Positions 24,606 through 55,917 of a stretch of DNA of 64,000 bases are shown piece by piece. Within the stretch, counting starts at the first letter, position 1, and each line of letters begins with the position of its first letter. A model generated the notes under the pieces. It ran no database searches. It was given only the letters and a program-made list of their open reading frames with translations, and was not told the origin of the DNA. Both the position numbers and the translations under genes were made by a program. The stretch lies in NCBI GenBank assembly GCA_965112735.1, contig OZ218965.1, forward strand, positions 2,294,001 through 2,358,000, in the 5' to 3' direction. This DNA is from Phaeosaccion multiseriatum (taxonomy: Eukaryota; Protista; Ochrophyta, other classes).

Positions 24606-25073
24606 CTATTGCTGGGTCATGGACTGAATGATGTCCACATCCAGGGGCTGCAAGTTGTTGGTGCTCATGAGGGGCAGCAGCAGCAGGCAGGGGATGAGCG
24701 ACAGGATGATGTACAAAATTACCCTCGCCTTCTTGGACTCGCTCACATCCCCCTCTCCCTTGGCTGCGGCTTCTTGCGGCGTCATGAAATCCACCGCTGA
24801 GCTCAGCTCGAGCTGCTCCTGCTGCTGCCCGCCCTCCTGCTCCCCCCCCTCCACCGCAAATACTCTCACGTCGGCCCTCCACCTCCTCAGTCGCTGGCCC
24901 AGCGCCGGCGACGAAAGCCCAGCCGAAGAAACTGGTGTGTGGGCGGCCTTGGCATTGACACCGCATGGGGCAGCGATTACAGACGAAGGTGCGACGAAGG
25001 CCGACACACTCAGCAAGGACAAGCACGCCACCAGACACACGAAACACCGCAGCAGACACTTTCCTTGACCCAT
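24606..25073 (-). CDS. Small plastid-targeted single-TM protein of unknown function
   Basis: Signal peptide ending LSVSA-FVAP (ASAFAP-type), an S/A/R-rich transit peptide, and a C-terminal TM 'VILYIILSLIPCLLLLPL'. Confidence 0.65.
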   Translation of the reverse strand: MGQGKCLLRCFVCLVACLSLLSVSAFVAPSSVIAAPCGVNAKAAHTPVSSAGLSSPALGQRLRRWRADVRVFAVEGGEQEGGQQQEQLELSSAVDFMTPQEAAAKGEGDVSESKKARVILYIILSLIPCLLLLPLMSTNNLQPLDVDIIQSMTQQ

Positions 25074-25971
25074 CTTGTCTATTTCCTGTCTACTGCCGCT
25101 GATTCGTGAAGCACCAGCACGCAGAGGGGCACACAGAGAGAGAGGGGGCGGGGGGAGAGGGATGAGAGGGGCAGCACTCCAAGAGAGAAAAAATACGTGG
25201 CCAAAAAATTGAAGTACTTGTGATTGCGACGGAGGGGGGAACACACAGTGCTGGATGCACAACGCTCTCACCTCTGTGGGGTATGACTCTGCTCTTGCCG
25301 GCCTTTGTTTGCGTTCTTTTTGCTAATTGGGCGAATCGTGCTGGCAGTACATCCATCTGTGAGCCCGAATCACCACCTCACCACCTCAGCCTCGTCGATC
25401 GATTCGCCACGCCACAGGGTTATGGCTGGTATCAACTTTGTTTTAATGGGGAGGAGTGACGAGTCGGAGGGAGACGACCGCTGGGGCTAGGTCCAGGGCG
25501 GGGTTGAGAGGTTACTCTTCTCTCTTCACCTCCTGCTAGAAAGGCAAACTTCAATATTTACATATTCACAGCTTTCTCATGCAACCAAGTCACCAACCAT
25601 GTCTATACTTCAATCTCGCAGACGGAAGATGTGAGAGGAGCGGGAGGAGAGAGTTCCTGTCTCCATCTGCTGGTCTGCTGGCCATGCTCCACCCCCGCGT
25701 CCCAGCTAGCCCAGTCACCCCTCCATCAGTCGATGCCGACCGACGCTTCCGTGTATCCTCCGGCCGCCGTATAGTGCTACGCCCCAGCCGGCAAGAAGCA
25801 GCAAGAAGGAGCAAATAACAGCAAGTACCACCCTCCTGCGGGAAGACTGCCCTAGACTGCCTTCCTTCCTTCCTCCGTCCCCTCAGTGCCGGGTACGCAG
25901 CGTGGTGCGCATAGGCCCAGCAAGCAGCAAAGGCAGCAATCACTCAACACCTCTCGCGGAACTCTGAAGAC

Positions 25972-26120
25972 CCGTAGGCATTCTCTCGTAGGATTACTCT
26001 CGTAGGCGTACTCTCGTAGGCTTTCGTAGACTTGTTCTCGTAGACTTGTTCTCGTAGGCTTGCTCTTGTAGGCTCTCGTAGACTTGCTGTCCTAGGCTTG
26101 CTCTCGTAGGCTGCTCTCGG
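25972..26120. repeat. Degenerate intergenic tandem array of a ctcgtag core, ~11 copies
   Basis: Directly visible, with unit lengths of ~10-14 bp. Confidence 0.85.
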
Positions 26121-26261
26121 CTCGGACGGGACCGCTTTGACAGGGGTGCTCGTGTGAGACGGACTCAGCAGGGCATGTCCCGAAGGTCGCAGGGCTCGAG
26201 AGGCGGGATAGGCCCGGGTCTTCCCCTTCGTCCCTCCCTTCTCCTCCCTTGTAGAGCTGCC

Positions 26262-27514
26262 TCATAGTGGCCCCCTGCCCCCCTTGGTGCTGCTATACGC
26301 CGCCCTCCAGCCGACCATGGCCAGCCCCAGGCCCAACAGATCATACAGCACGCCTCCCGTCTGCACCGGCTGCCGTAAGACAGCGCTACACAGCAGCACC
26401 TGGGATGCGGTAGGGGGGGGGGTATGGGAGTGGATGGGACGGGGTGGGATGGCAGTGGATGGGAGGGGGTGGGATGGGGTGGGATGGCAGTGGATGGGAG
26501 GGGGTGGGATGGGGTGGGATGGCAGTGGATGGGAGGGGATGGGATGGGGTGGGAGGGGATCGGGGGGGGTGGGATGGCACAAGTTGGACGGTGGGGAAGG
26601 GGAAGGAGAAGAAGTGAATGAGATGCCCTGAACGAAACGGCCGCGGGGCTACTCCTGATGCTTCTGTCCCCCTGACCAAAGCCTCACCCCGACAATGTAG
26701 ATGTTTGACGCCGATACCCACGACTGAATACCCGCAGGAACACCGTTCTCGAGCCCATTGCTCGCCCCCCTGGAGTAGCTCAGATTGTAAACTGAGCCCC
26801 CGATCCAGCAGAGGCACAGCGCAGAGTCTGATCAGAGGAGCGAGGGAGAGAAGGATCGAGCAAGTGGAGCGAGGGAGAGACGGATCGTGCAAGTGTGAAG
26901 AAATCAGAGGTAGAGGGGCGACGCGGTAGAACGAAAACTCACATTTTGTAATCGTGCCACCAAGTGTAGGAGGTAAGAGAGGAATCGGGGCTCCCCAGCC
27001 CGGAAAATTGGGGTCCATGACCACCGTCGCGAGTTGCTGGGAGGAGAGAGAGCAGCAGAGTACAGCAGCGTCAGAAAAGGGGGGACGGTGGGTTCCCGTC
27101 CTCCTCCTCCTTCCTTGCTTGTCACGGCACCTGAGCAATGCAGAAGATAAAGAGGACTAATGCATCCGCAAGAATCAGTTTGTCATCGTCGATGGCTGCG
27201 GCCCATCCCCTCGTGGACTGCCCCTCTTTGTCTTGTGCGCCAAACAGAAACTTTTGAAGATTCTCCACGAACGGCGAATTGTTTCTCTCGTCGTCGTCGT
27301 TACTGCCGCCCCCGCCCGGTCCCTTCACAGGAAGCCAAGTGGGAGTCCGTGAGATAGGAGGGGCCTCGCAGGCTGCTTCTGTAAAAGGTGACACTCTCTG
27401 AGGTTGTCCCTTTGCGACTAAGATTGGCCCTACATTATGCAGCGAGAAGGTAAAGGCGTCGGCGCATGACCAGGCCAACGCGCAGGCCAGCAAGAAGGAA
27501 ATGCAGAAGGACAT
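26262..27514 (-). CDS. Plastid-targeted multi-pass membrane protein, DUF3054-like, 4 exons
   Basis: Leader MSFCISFLLACALAWSCADA-F. Exons ~27514-27131, 27036-26944, ~26827-26687 and 26399-26262 join in frame. Motifs LADALVLFIF, CW..Y..SW and C-terminal MVGWR. Confidence 0.55.
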
Positions 27515-27671
27515 GAGGGGGGGGGGGGGCATATAATGATAATGACGATGTCGAGGGCGGTGTGAATCACCATGTTGGTGCTCCAATTCTTAATGCTTCA
27601 AATGGCGACTACCTCCGTCAAGAACCGCGAGCACTGCCCCGCTTGCCGCCTCCAGAGAGAGCACTAGCCCG

Positions 27672-32932
<5,261 letters not shown>

Positions 32933-33119
32933 ACGTGAATCTAGTTGCCAGAGCTGTCCTCTTGAGTCTCACGATTCGTCTCACTGTGGGAAGGATCGGA
33001 TCGCTCAAGGCCACAAAAGCCTCCTACCTGAAACTCAAAAATGGCAGCGGCCGCGCCCTGTGAACACGTTAAAGTTGCCAGGCATTTGCCAGGCATCTCC
33101 TGCCTTGTGAGCAAAGCCA

Positions 33120-34195
33120 ATGGTGGGAAGCGCGACGGCGTTCGTGGGGAGGGGGGGTCGGCGGAAGCGCACTGCCGCGGCAGCTGCGGCGGGGGTGCTG
33201 CTCTCGCTGTCATGCCTCGGCGCAGGGACTCACGACATGCACAGTACCCTGCGGAAAGTGCAGCGGCAGCGGCAGCGGCAACACTCCCCCCCTCTTTCTT
33301 GCGCCGGATGTGCATTGCTCGCACGCGGAGGAGGGGGGGGTGGCTCTTCAGGAGTGCTGAGGCTGTTCAGGGACATTTTCCTGCCGCCTCGGGGGGGGGG
33401 CGTGATGGAGGGGGGCATGGACGTGGAGAGCATGGGGCTGAGCACGCGAGTGGGCCGCTTCCTCAAGGCTGTTCTGCACGCTGTCACGGGAGGGGGCGGG
33501 GCGAAGGGGGGGGGCAAGAGCGAGGCGGGCGAAAAGGGCAAGAAGAAGAAGAAGAAGCCAGAGGCCACCAAGGACCACCTCGGGCTCTCCCTCAAGCCGG
33601 GCAGCGTCAACTACCGCATCCAGAAGGAGCTCAAGCAATTCATGGCCGCGCCACCGGACAACTGCAAGGTCAAGGTCGGCAAGAACATCAAGGTGGGTGG
33701 GCTGGGAGAGGGGGGCTTGGCACAGAGCCCCTTCCCTCCCTTGCCTCTTGTTCACCTCTTGTTCTTCTCTCATCCCGCTACTGCTGTTACTGCCCGGCGG
33801 AAATTGTCTCTTTGTGCCCTTCTCATTCTCATTCTCACTCTCAGATCTGGATCATCACCATAAAGGGCGCCGAGGGCACAGTGTTCCACGGCGAAACGTT
33901 TCGCCTGCGCGTGGCCTTCCCGGACGACTACCCCACGCGCGCACCCAGCGTATACTTCCTGCAGAAGCCCCCGCCACCGTCGCACCCGCACGTGTACACC
34001 AACGGAGACATTTGCCTGAGCTTGTTGGGCGCTGACTGGAAGCCCAACCTCACAGTGTCCTCTCTGGCGCTGAGCATCCTCAGCATGCTGTCCAGCGCGC
34101 GAGAGAAGGGCATCCCGCAGGACAACGCCAACCACGCAGGGGCCAAGCCCGGGCAGGCGCAGGACAATTGGATGTACCACGACGACAACGCATGA
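33120..34195 (+). CDS. UBE2W: Ubiquitin-conjugating enzyme E2, UBE2W-like, with a long N-terminal extension
   Basis: RIQKEL; FPDDYP; HPHVYTNGDICLSLL (HPH variant, catalytic Cys); SILSMLSS; C-terminal WMYHDD; intron 33692-33844. Start codon tentative. Confidence 0.9.
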
Positions 34196-35510
34196 GCGCT
34201 GCCGGGAGGAGCAGGAGGAGCAGCTGGTGATACGACAGCAGGAGCAGCAGTTGGCAGGAGGACAGGAGCAGGAGGAGCAGCAGGAGCAGCAGGAGGAGCA
34301 GTAGGTACAGGGTCGCGCCTTTGCTGGAGGCGTACACACGATGCACTTTCCTTCTCCTAAGGGGCTTCGCTGGTCGGCGGAAAGTTACACAGAAAGAAAG
34401 CCAAGAGTAGGGCCACGCCAGACTCTGTCTACATCTGAAAGGGCATGGATGGCCTCTACCCTTGTTTGGGGGCCTTGTCCCTTGACACCCAAAATGGGGA
34501 GGGAGCCGACAAGGCGGAAGTGGGGCTGAGTGCAGGCCACAGGCCCGGAGTGTACGTCCACTTGATCGCCAAGCGGGCGGAGGAGTGCCCTGCTTTGATG
34601 CCCTGCTTTGATGCGTGGTGCCCGTCAGAGTGCAAGACCCCCCCCCGCACCCCCCCTCTTCATGCCGATGGACACAGCCTGCAGATAGATAGACGCTGCC
34701 CTTTTCCTGCTGGCACATGAGAGCAAGACGCCGCTTTAATCTCATAAGAATTTGATCTCATAAATGGTGAAATGGTGTACTTTACCATACACCTCTCTGT
34801 CCTGACACCAATAGGCGGCGCGAGCGACAGTTTCGGTTTTCTGATGTCTTTTGGGGAGGCTGTTGGGGGAGAAAAAAAACCCAGCGCATGATGAGCACAG
34901 GGGACGCTGAACAGAGGAGCGTGCTATAGGGGGGAGGTCAGCGAAGAGAAGGAGGCCGTGCCGCTACGAGCGAGAGTGAACAAAGGAGCTGGTGGCGGTG
35001 ATTCCGAGGCAGGCGCAGGTGGGTACGAGAAGGGGGGGAGGCTCAGGTGGGCAAATAGAAGCGGAGGAGGCTCCAAGTGGGCGACAGAAGGGGGTGCCTT
35101 CTTCCGCACGTGGAGGCAACAGCAGCAGAAGAAGCAGAGAAGCACTGCAGCAGCTGCTCTTCCTGCTCTGCCCCTCTCTTGTGCCCCCATCTGATGGAAG
35201 TACCCCCATCCCGCCGCTGAGACCACAATCGTTGCCCCCCACCCCTCCGGCCAAGTAGCTTGCCACCCCACTGAACCAGAACACTTTGCTTGCGTTGGCT
35301 GGGACCGACAGGCCTTCTTTCAGAGAGAAACTGGCCCCCGGTACGGCGGTCGTCAGGTGTGGGCACCCCTCAATGTCTGGCGTCAAGACATAGGGGGGGG
35401 GCTCCGAGCCTCCAGACCGTCAGGACCCACAGGACCCACCATCAGTAGCAGTGAGAGGAGGAGCAGGAGCAGTAAGACCCAACACAATTGAAAACGGCGA
35501 GAAGGAGAGA

Positions 35511-48533
<13,023 letters not shown>

Positions 48534-49806
48534 CAACAGCCAGTAGTCAGTGAGCAATTCATTGACTTTTCGACGTAATACTTTGGCCTTCGAACACCTG
48601 GAGACCAGCGCAAGTGTGCGTTATGCGTGTATCCACTCATAGTAATACAGGAATAATAGTCCCCTCCTGCTAATAAAAGACAAATATATTGAAAAGGTGA
48701 CATAAACTGAAAACTGTGTGTTCTGTGGCTTCTGTGGAGCGTCGAAGGGGGGGGGGGGTGTCAGCGCCAGGGACGTGCAATAGGCACAGCACACAGGGGG
48801 GGCGCAGGCTTAGAGTGGCGAGACTTCACTTCACCCCCGCTTGATCTCCTTCCTTCATCTCCTTTCTTCATCCCTTCCATCTCCTTGGTCCAGGGACGGC
48901 CCTGCTCGGTCCTCACACCCGCCTCGCTGCGCAGTGACAGTGACAGTGACAGTGACAGTGACAGTGACATTTGACAGTTGACAGTGATATTTGACAGTGG
49001 GCGATGCAGCCACCTTCCCTTCTCTTCCTTTCCCACTCACGAGCTTCAGCTTCACCGCGTTGACTGCGCTCTCGCAACGAGAGCACCAAATCAACCAACC
49101 CCCAAACCTCACTTGCAAGCCCATCGCTTTCCTTCCATTCGCTCTCCTCTTGCTCGGACGTGTTGATGGCCATCCGCTGCCATCTGTCCTCGTGTCGTGT
49201 CATGAAAGGCACCGGAGGCGCGGTGGCTCTGTGCCTCCCCTGTGCTCTGCCCCCACCAGTCTACCCTCCCCCGCTGCTCCGGCGCCGCTACAACGGCACC
49301 ACCCCCCTTGGACGGCGTGTGTAGCCCTAGTTTAGAGCCCTAGTTTAGAGCCGTGGTACAGCCCTGTTACGGTACAGCGTGTCCAGTCCAGGTAGGATAG
49401 AGCGTGTACAGACCCCTTCCAGAGGCGCCTGCCGCTCGTGCGCGTCCCGCTCCCTACCCATCCTTTGTGGCAGGGGCATGAGTGGGAGCAATCAGCCCCT
49501 GCACTCCACGTCCCCCACCAGTCTTAACCCCAACCCGAAGCCCCTTATCCCCCCCCTCGGCAGACGTGTCGTGCCATTGGTGATGGCCGCCGCTGTCCCT
49601 CCTTCTCTGTACATGATGCTCCTTTCCTCCTCCTTTCGTATCAGCCCCCGCTGCCCCCCCTCAAGGCACCATCCTCCTCCCAGGTCTGATGGACCCCCTA
49701 TCCTGCCTAAGCACCCACCAAGCCCCCGTTCACTGCTCCGGCTTGCCCCGCCCCCGAGTAAGGCTCTCCCTACAGCTCTGCGCGTTGGCTCACTATCCCA
49801 GCCTGC

Positions 49807-49995
49807 CTACCACATGGGCCACCAGCTGCGCCTGGGCTCTTCGCTGTACTTCATGAGGGCCACATCGTTGTAACCGTTCTTGAACATCTCCACCTGAGAG
49901 GCAAAGCGTGAGAGCGCACCAAAGGTCAGGCGGGGCACACACACGTATGAATGATGGCACAACAAAGGCCTCTCCAAGGGAGCGTGCAGAGCCTC

Positions 49996-50028
<33 letters not shown>

Positions 50029-51987
50029 TAGACAGGCACTCTCTCTCGGCCTTCACTCTCACCTTCTGGTACGTCTTGGGGGGCAGCTTGTTGAGCAGCG
50101 CCGGATTCTCGTTGAGATGGGCCCTGAGCTTCTCCATCTCGGCGCGTGTGGTGGTGTGCATGACGCGCTCCGCCTCCCTCCTGCCCACGCGCTGGCAGCG
50201 GCTCCTCTCGCTGTGCAGCCACAAGTCCACGCGGTAGCGCCAATAGAGCACCGTGTCGAGGTACAGCAAGCCCAGCGCCAGGAGGGCGGCTGCCTGCAGG
50301 TCCGAGGCGCCGAGCAGAAGGTGGTAAACTCCAAAGGCCGTGAGGGCGCGGCGCAGGTTGGCCCTTGCGTTCGTCCACGAGCCGAACAGACCCAGCGAGT
50401 CCTGCTCCGCCACGCTAAAGGCCTGATACCAGTAAGTCAACATGATGCCCACGAAGGCCGAGGCGGCGAAGAAGGCCTTGCCCAGCCAGTCGTAACCCAT
50501 GGCCCCGTTGGACCAAAAGTAAAATGAGCCCCACAGGAGCATCTCCATGAAGGCCGCACCCTTGAGCGGTGTGAAGAATACGATGAGGAAGGAGAAGCCC
50601 GGGATGAAGGAGCCCCCGGGGAAGGCGCTGAGAAACTTGGCCTGCAGCTCCGAGTACGACAGGTAGGCCACGAGCAATGTACAGATGGTGGTGCCCGCCG
50701 CCGCCGAGAGGGCGTAGTGGAACAGGCGGGACGTGCTCAGGCTTGGCGTGAGGCAGATCACCAACAGGCCCATGGCCAGGTGCAGCACGTACACGGGCAG
50801 GTTTCCGGGCACCCATGCTGCCACGGACGGGGGCAGCGCCATGAAAGCGGCGTCCTTGAGAGCAGAGCTCTTGGGGCTGCTGATGGTCGGAGGAGAGGCC
50901 TCTGGCTGCAGCCACCTCGCCGCGCTGTCTGTGTCGACTGCCAAGCAGCCTCCGCGGAAAGGGCTCGTCCGCACCTGCACCCTGTCCCCCACACTCACAC
51001 ATCTGCCGCCCACTCCAAACCACCCCGAGCTGCTCCTGCTACTGTCCGATGTTCCGAGTGCACATGGGTATGACCACCGCCGGCCCAGGGGGGCGTCTTT
51101 GTAAGCGCACAGAGGCCCAGCGGCGGCCAACAGCCACGGAGGAAGGAGCTCGCATATCACGTCCTGAAGAGGGTAGGGCTCCTGCGAAAGCACCAGATGG
51201 CCCTGCTGGTCGATAGGCACGCGATCGACCTCCAATACGGCGTCGCTCCAGAGGAGGGACCACTTCGGCAAGAGGGGGAAGTGGAAGAGAGTTTCGGTTA
51301 GCGAGGAGGAGGAGGGGGAGGAGGAGGGAGGAGGGAGGAGGGAGGAGGAGGGAGGAGGAGGAGGAGGAGGAGGAGGAGGAGGAGGAGGAGGAGGAGGAGG
51401 AGGAGGAGGAGGAGGAGGAGGAGGAGGAGGAGAGATGACATTTGCTACACTGACCTCGCTCACACAGGACACCAGCCCCCGCCGCAACATGCCAGCGCCG
51501 CTGCCCGCACCGCTGGCCAACCACTGAGCCCACGGGGGAAGCCCCTCCATCGTGCTCTCGTTGCTGCCACTTGCCCCCTGCCGAGAGCACGGGAAGGTTT
51601 CAGGATTGGGAGGAATGCACGTGTGAGTCGCGGAGAGAAAAGAGAAAACGGGAGAGAGGAGCTGACCTCGTTGGCGTCGCCCGGCAGAGAGTTCACCCCG
51701 GAAGCCAGTCTCTTGGAAATGTGGTCTGCCACACCATTCAGCGAGCCGAGGACCTGCTCAGTCTCTGCTGCAGCGGCCCCCGCTAGCCCCCCCCCTTCCC
51801 CCGCACATGTCAGTACGCGGAAGCGCTCGCTGGAGAGCAGATCTTTGGGGATATTTCCCCCCAGGCCTTGGATACGGTGATGCTCTGCCCCGCCTCCCAT
51901 GGAAGCATCTTCCGCAACTGCAATGCACTGTCTTCCGAGAGAGATGATGCCCAGCAGCCCCACCGCCCCCGCGCCAGAAAGCCTCAT
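49807..51987 (-). CDS. NEMP (TMEM194) family nuclear-envelope membrane protein, 4 exons
   Basis: Signal peptide; multi-TM core starting LSTSRLFHYALSAAAG; C-terminal TTRAEMEKLRAHL..NP. Exons 51987-51667, 51577-51455, 51262-50063 and 49893-49807. Confidence 0.7.
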
Positions 51988-52122
51988 GGCCCAGAGCACC
52001 CGGCCAACACCCTTGAGGAAGAAGGCTTGTCTGTGTGGAGAGAAAGCAGAGAAAGACGGAACGGGGATAGAGTAAAGCGAGAGAGAGAGAGGAGAGACGC
52101 AAAAAAAATCCCTGACTTATCA

Positions 52123-52161
<39 letters not shown>

Positions 52162-52444
52162 GAGGATGAGCAGAGTGAGACGCAGATAGTTCGTTCCTTG
52201 TGCCTTACTACGGAGCTTGAAGGGAGCTTGCATCGATACCGTTGCCGTCGGGCAAAGAAGCCGTTCTTACTCTTCAGGGGGAGGTGAAGGCCAGGGACCG
52301 AGTTTGTTCAGAAGAGTTCACATGGGCGAACGGAAGAGGGCGAGCCTGTCGAGACGGTAAGGCAGGCTCGCTCTGGCAAGAGGGGAGACGCTTGGACAGC
52401 TGCCCGCTGAAGCTGCTGTCGCAAACAGTGGGTGAGCTGTAAAC

Positions 52445-55040
52445 ATGGAGTTCGAGAGAGGTGAGGTGGGGGGGAAAACGTAGGCAAGGCCTCCCAGGGA
52501 GACTGTGTGTTGGAGGGGCAAGACTGTGTGCTGTGGGGTGTCGCTGAGACGCGTGTGAGGATGGCAGGAGCTCCTGTTTGACTTGATGAGCTCCGGTGAC
52601 GCAAGGGAGACGAGGAATACATAATTAGCCAGCCCGCTTGAGCCGGTACTCTCTCCACTTCCTTCCCTGACGCATGATTGTCCCTCCCTCGCCCGCGAGC
52701 AGCGCTGTTCCGCGTCTACGACCGAAGCCTGGAGAGCTGTCGAGATGCCAAGGGCATGTGTCGCCTGCTTCAGGGGCTGGCGCTAGGCATGGGCCTGGCC
52801 ATCGTGGCGGCCATGGCCTGGCTGCACATGTCCTTCGTGAGCCAGGAGGGCTGCCTGGCCTCGGTGCTGGAGACGGAGGCCTCGCGACTCGGGATACTCA
52901 TAGCGCCGCTCAATGACTCTGTGCCTTCGCTGCAGCCACCGGCAGAGGGGGGGGGGCACGCTCACATCAACACGACGGCGGCTGTTGACGGTATCGACGG
53001 AGCCAACTGCACCAGTCGGGGCCAGGAGGAGGAGGAAGACGAGGCAGAGGAGCAGACCACTGTGGTGCTCAAGTCAGGCTATTCGCTGCCGACAGACATT
53101 ATCATAGACATTCGGTTGACACCGAGAGAGGAGGAGAAGGCGAGGGAGCGGCGGGATACTGAGGCTGGCGGTAGAGGTAGGGAGGCAGGAAGGGGCCTCA
53201 AGCGAGGGGCAAAGAGGCATGAGGGCGCAGACCGCGAGGGAGGGGTGGGGAAGGCCGAGGCCAACCGGACTAGCAACCCCGTGCAGGGGGGGGGGGGGGA
53301 CACGAACAGCACCGGCACCAGCGGCAGCTGCGACAGGGACGGAGACACGGCGAAGGACGACTTCGGGGCGGATTACACCTTCGCGTTCCAGGGGGGCGCC
53401 CTTCTGCTGCCGCCAATGACCAGGGTCAGGTGAGGAAGGGCGCCGGAAGGGCCTGTCTCTCTCGAGCTCTGTCCGAAGAAGGGGAGGGGGAAAGGAGGCG
53501 GCCGTCTGCTTGCGCGTTTCGTTTCCTGCGGCGAGAAAGGACATTGATGACGTGGCGCTCTCTCTCCCGTCCCCCTCTTCTCCAGACACGGCTTCACCAC
53601 GTTGAACCTGACGCTGGATAGCGGCGAGTGCTTCGGAGGACCCTTCACTCGCACGCTGCTCTCCGCCGCGGGGTACGACGTGCCGCTACTCAACTCCGCC
53701 ATGCTCTCCTTCCGCAGGGAGGGCATGCTCGTCAACCGCCGCTCCAAGGAGGAGTGGTGGTGGTCCGACGGAAGCATGCCCCCCCGGGAGGGCTACGGCC
53801 TGCTCACCCGCCTGGGCCTGAAGCTTCTCGCACTGGTGCGGGGCGTCGTGTCCTTCATCATGCTCACCACGGTGACCTCACTCATCGTGCGCGTGTTGCT
53901 GAGCAGCGGGGTAGTGATCATGTTTCCTCTGTTCCTGCTGTTGGAGCGGCTCAGCGTCGAGGGGGTGGACTTCCACATGCTTGCTCAGTCGTACCCGTGG
54001 CTGGGCATGCCCCTGGCGCTGCTGCGGAGGGACAACAAACCCGTGGGGCCGTTCATCATGGGGCACCTCTCGCAGGTTACGACTTGTTGGCTTATTCTTA
54101 TTCTTATTCTTATTCCTTGTGCCTTGTGACGCGCTTTTCGTTTACTTAACGTCCCTCCTGCACTCTGACCCCCCCGTCTCCTTCATCCCTCCCGCGTTGT
54201 GCTGTCCTGACCTTCCTTGCCCATATGCCCGTGTATCCCCCCCCCCTCTGTCCTTAGGTGCTCGTGTTCTACGGCATGTACAATGCGTGCCAGCTGGCAT
54301 GGAGCGTGTGGCTCTACGACCGGGCCATGTCTCAGGCGGTGGAGGTGCTGCTCTTCGGAGGCGTGATGATCTGGGAGTACTTCTCCCTCATCTTCGTGCG
54401 CAGCCGCCAGGGCATCCTCTTCTTCCCGCGCCTGACCTTCCTCTACTTCCTCCTCTTCCACCTCTACTTCTACTCCTTCTCGCACTCCTTCGCCGGCCTC
54501 GCACTGATGGCGTGCGCGTTCTTCTTCGCCCACGCCTGTCTCTTCACTGTGGAGCGCCTCGAGCTGCCCGCCCTGGCCAGCGGGGAGGTCACCTTCGAGC
54601 ACCCTCGGGCGCTGTTTGTGGAACTGCCGTGGCCGCAGCCCCCCTGGGCGGAGTCTCTGGTGCCGCCCATGTGGTCCCTCTTTGTGCCGCCCAATGCTCA
54701 GGTCACGGGCGTGTACAGCCAGGTAGTGCCAGAGCGGCCGGGCGGGGGAGGAGGAGGAGGAGGGGGAGGGGGAGGAGAAGCAGCAACGTTAGCAGCGGCA
54801 GCAGGAGGGGCAGGAGCCGCGGCAGGACAAGAGGAGGGCAGCCGGGAGGGGCCAAACGATAGAGACGGAGACGAGGTAGACGAGGACGACGTCGCGGAGG
54901 AGGAGGAGGGGGAGGAGGAGGAGGAGCGGCGGCCGCTGCGGAGGGGGCGGCAGAGCGGCCGGGGAGGGAGAGGAGGGGCGTTACCGCAAGCTTCCCCGCG
55001 GCGCCGCAGGCGAGGAGGGGGGGACATAGAGATGGGCTGA
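52445..55040 (+). CDS. Membralin (TMEM259)-like ER membrane protein, 4 exons
   Basis: MEFER|ALFRVYDR; WLHMSFV...CL; CFGG..GYD..LLNS; TTVTSLIVRVL; WEYFSLIFVRS..IlFFPR..LYFLLFHLYF..F; ELPAL. Confidence 0.85.
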
Positions 55041-55917
55041 GCGCTGATAGAAAGGCGATAGAAAGGCCGCTGGCGTGTCGAGAGGGACTAATCCACTCTC
55101 TGTCCATTGAATAAAGCCTGGCTCCATGTACTACTGTCTTGCTTTACTCCTTCTTCCTTGTGCATGCTGTCGCTCGACCAGCGCTTAGACAATGGGGGGA
55201 GGGGGCTTCTGCCTCATGCCTCTGTTTACATAGAGCTCAGCTGGAGAGGCCTCCTGCCTCCGCCCACTTCCACCCACTCGACGCGACTTCCCGGCTCGAC
55301 TCCCCTAATGCCCTCACTGTCCTCACTGAGCGTCTCCGCTTCCACGTAGAGGTTCGAGGCGAAACACCAAAGGTCCTTTGCGCAGTTGGGCATCCAAGGG
55401 TTGTGGGAGGCCCAGTGGTCAACTCCTCCTGAGCCCTCCTCACCTCTCCAAGTCCCGACCGAGTCACGCCCATACTGCTGCTGGTGTATCACCAACTGCT
55501 ACTGCTGCTCTCCAGAGGCATCCGCGCGACAGCCACCCCTAGAGGGGGAGGCATGGTCGACAGGGCGACGGGAGGCATCCACACAGACGCCGCTTCTCCG
55601 CATCGCGTGGCCGGGGCTGGTGTGGGGCTCCTCTCGGGTCGGGTGAGCACTGCTCCGAGGGCCGCTGTAAAGGAGGCGGCGAGGGACCTCATCCCCAATA
55701 AGCTCTCTCTCCTGCTCTTCCGCGGCTCGATCAACAACTGGCGGTGTCGGTTGTTGCACCATGCCCCCCCCTGTCATTTCGGGCTGGCTGAGAGGTGATG
55801 ATCATTCATCACCAAGAGGGGCGGAGAGAGGTCCCTCCGTATCGCCTTAACAGGCAAGGCAAGCCAAGCCATGCTGAGTCAAGTCAAGGCCAGCCAAGCC
55901 CAGTAAGTCGAGTGGAG

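Noticed and set aside
48760-49800. Unassigned ~1-kb region with short ORFs and (gtgaca)n
   Set aside because: No recognisable protein or RNA motif; probably UTRs of convergent genes.
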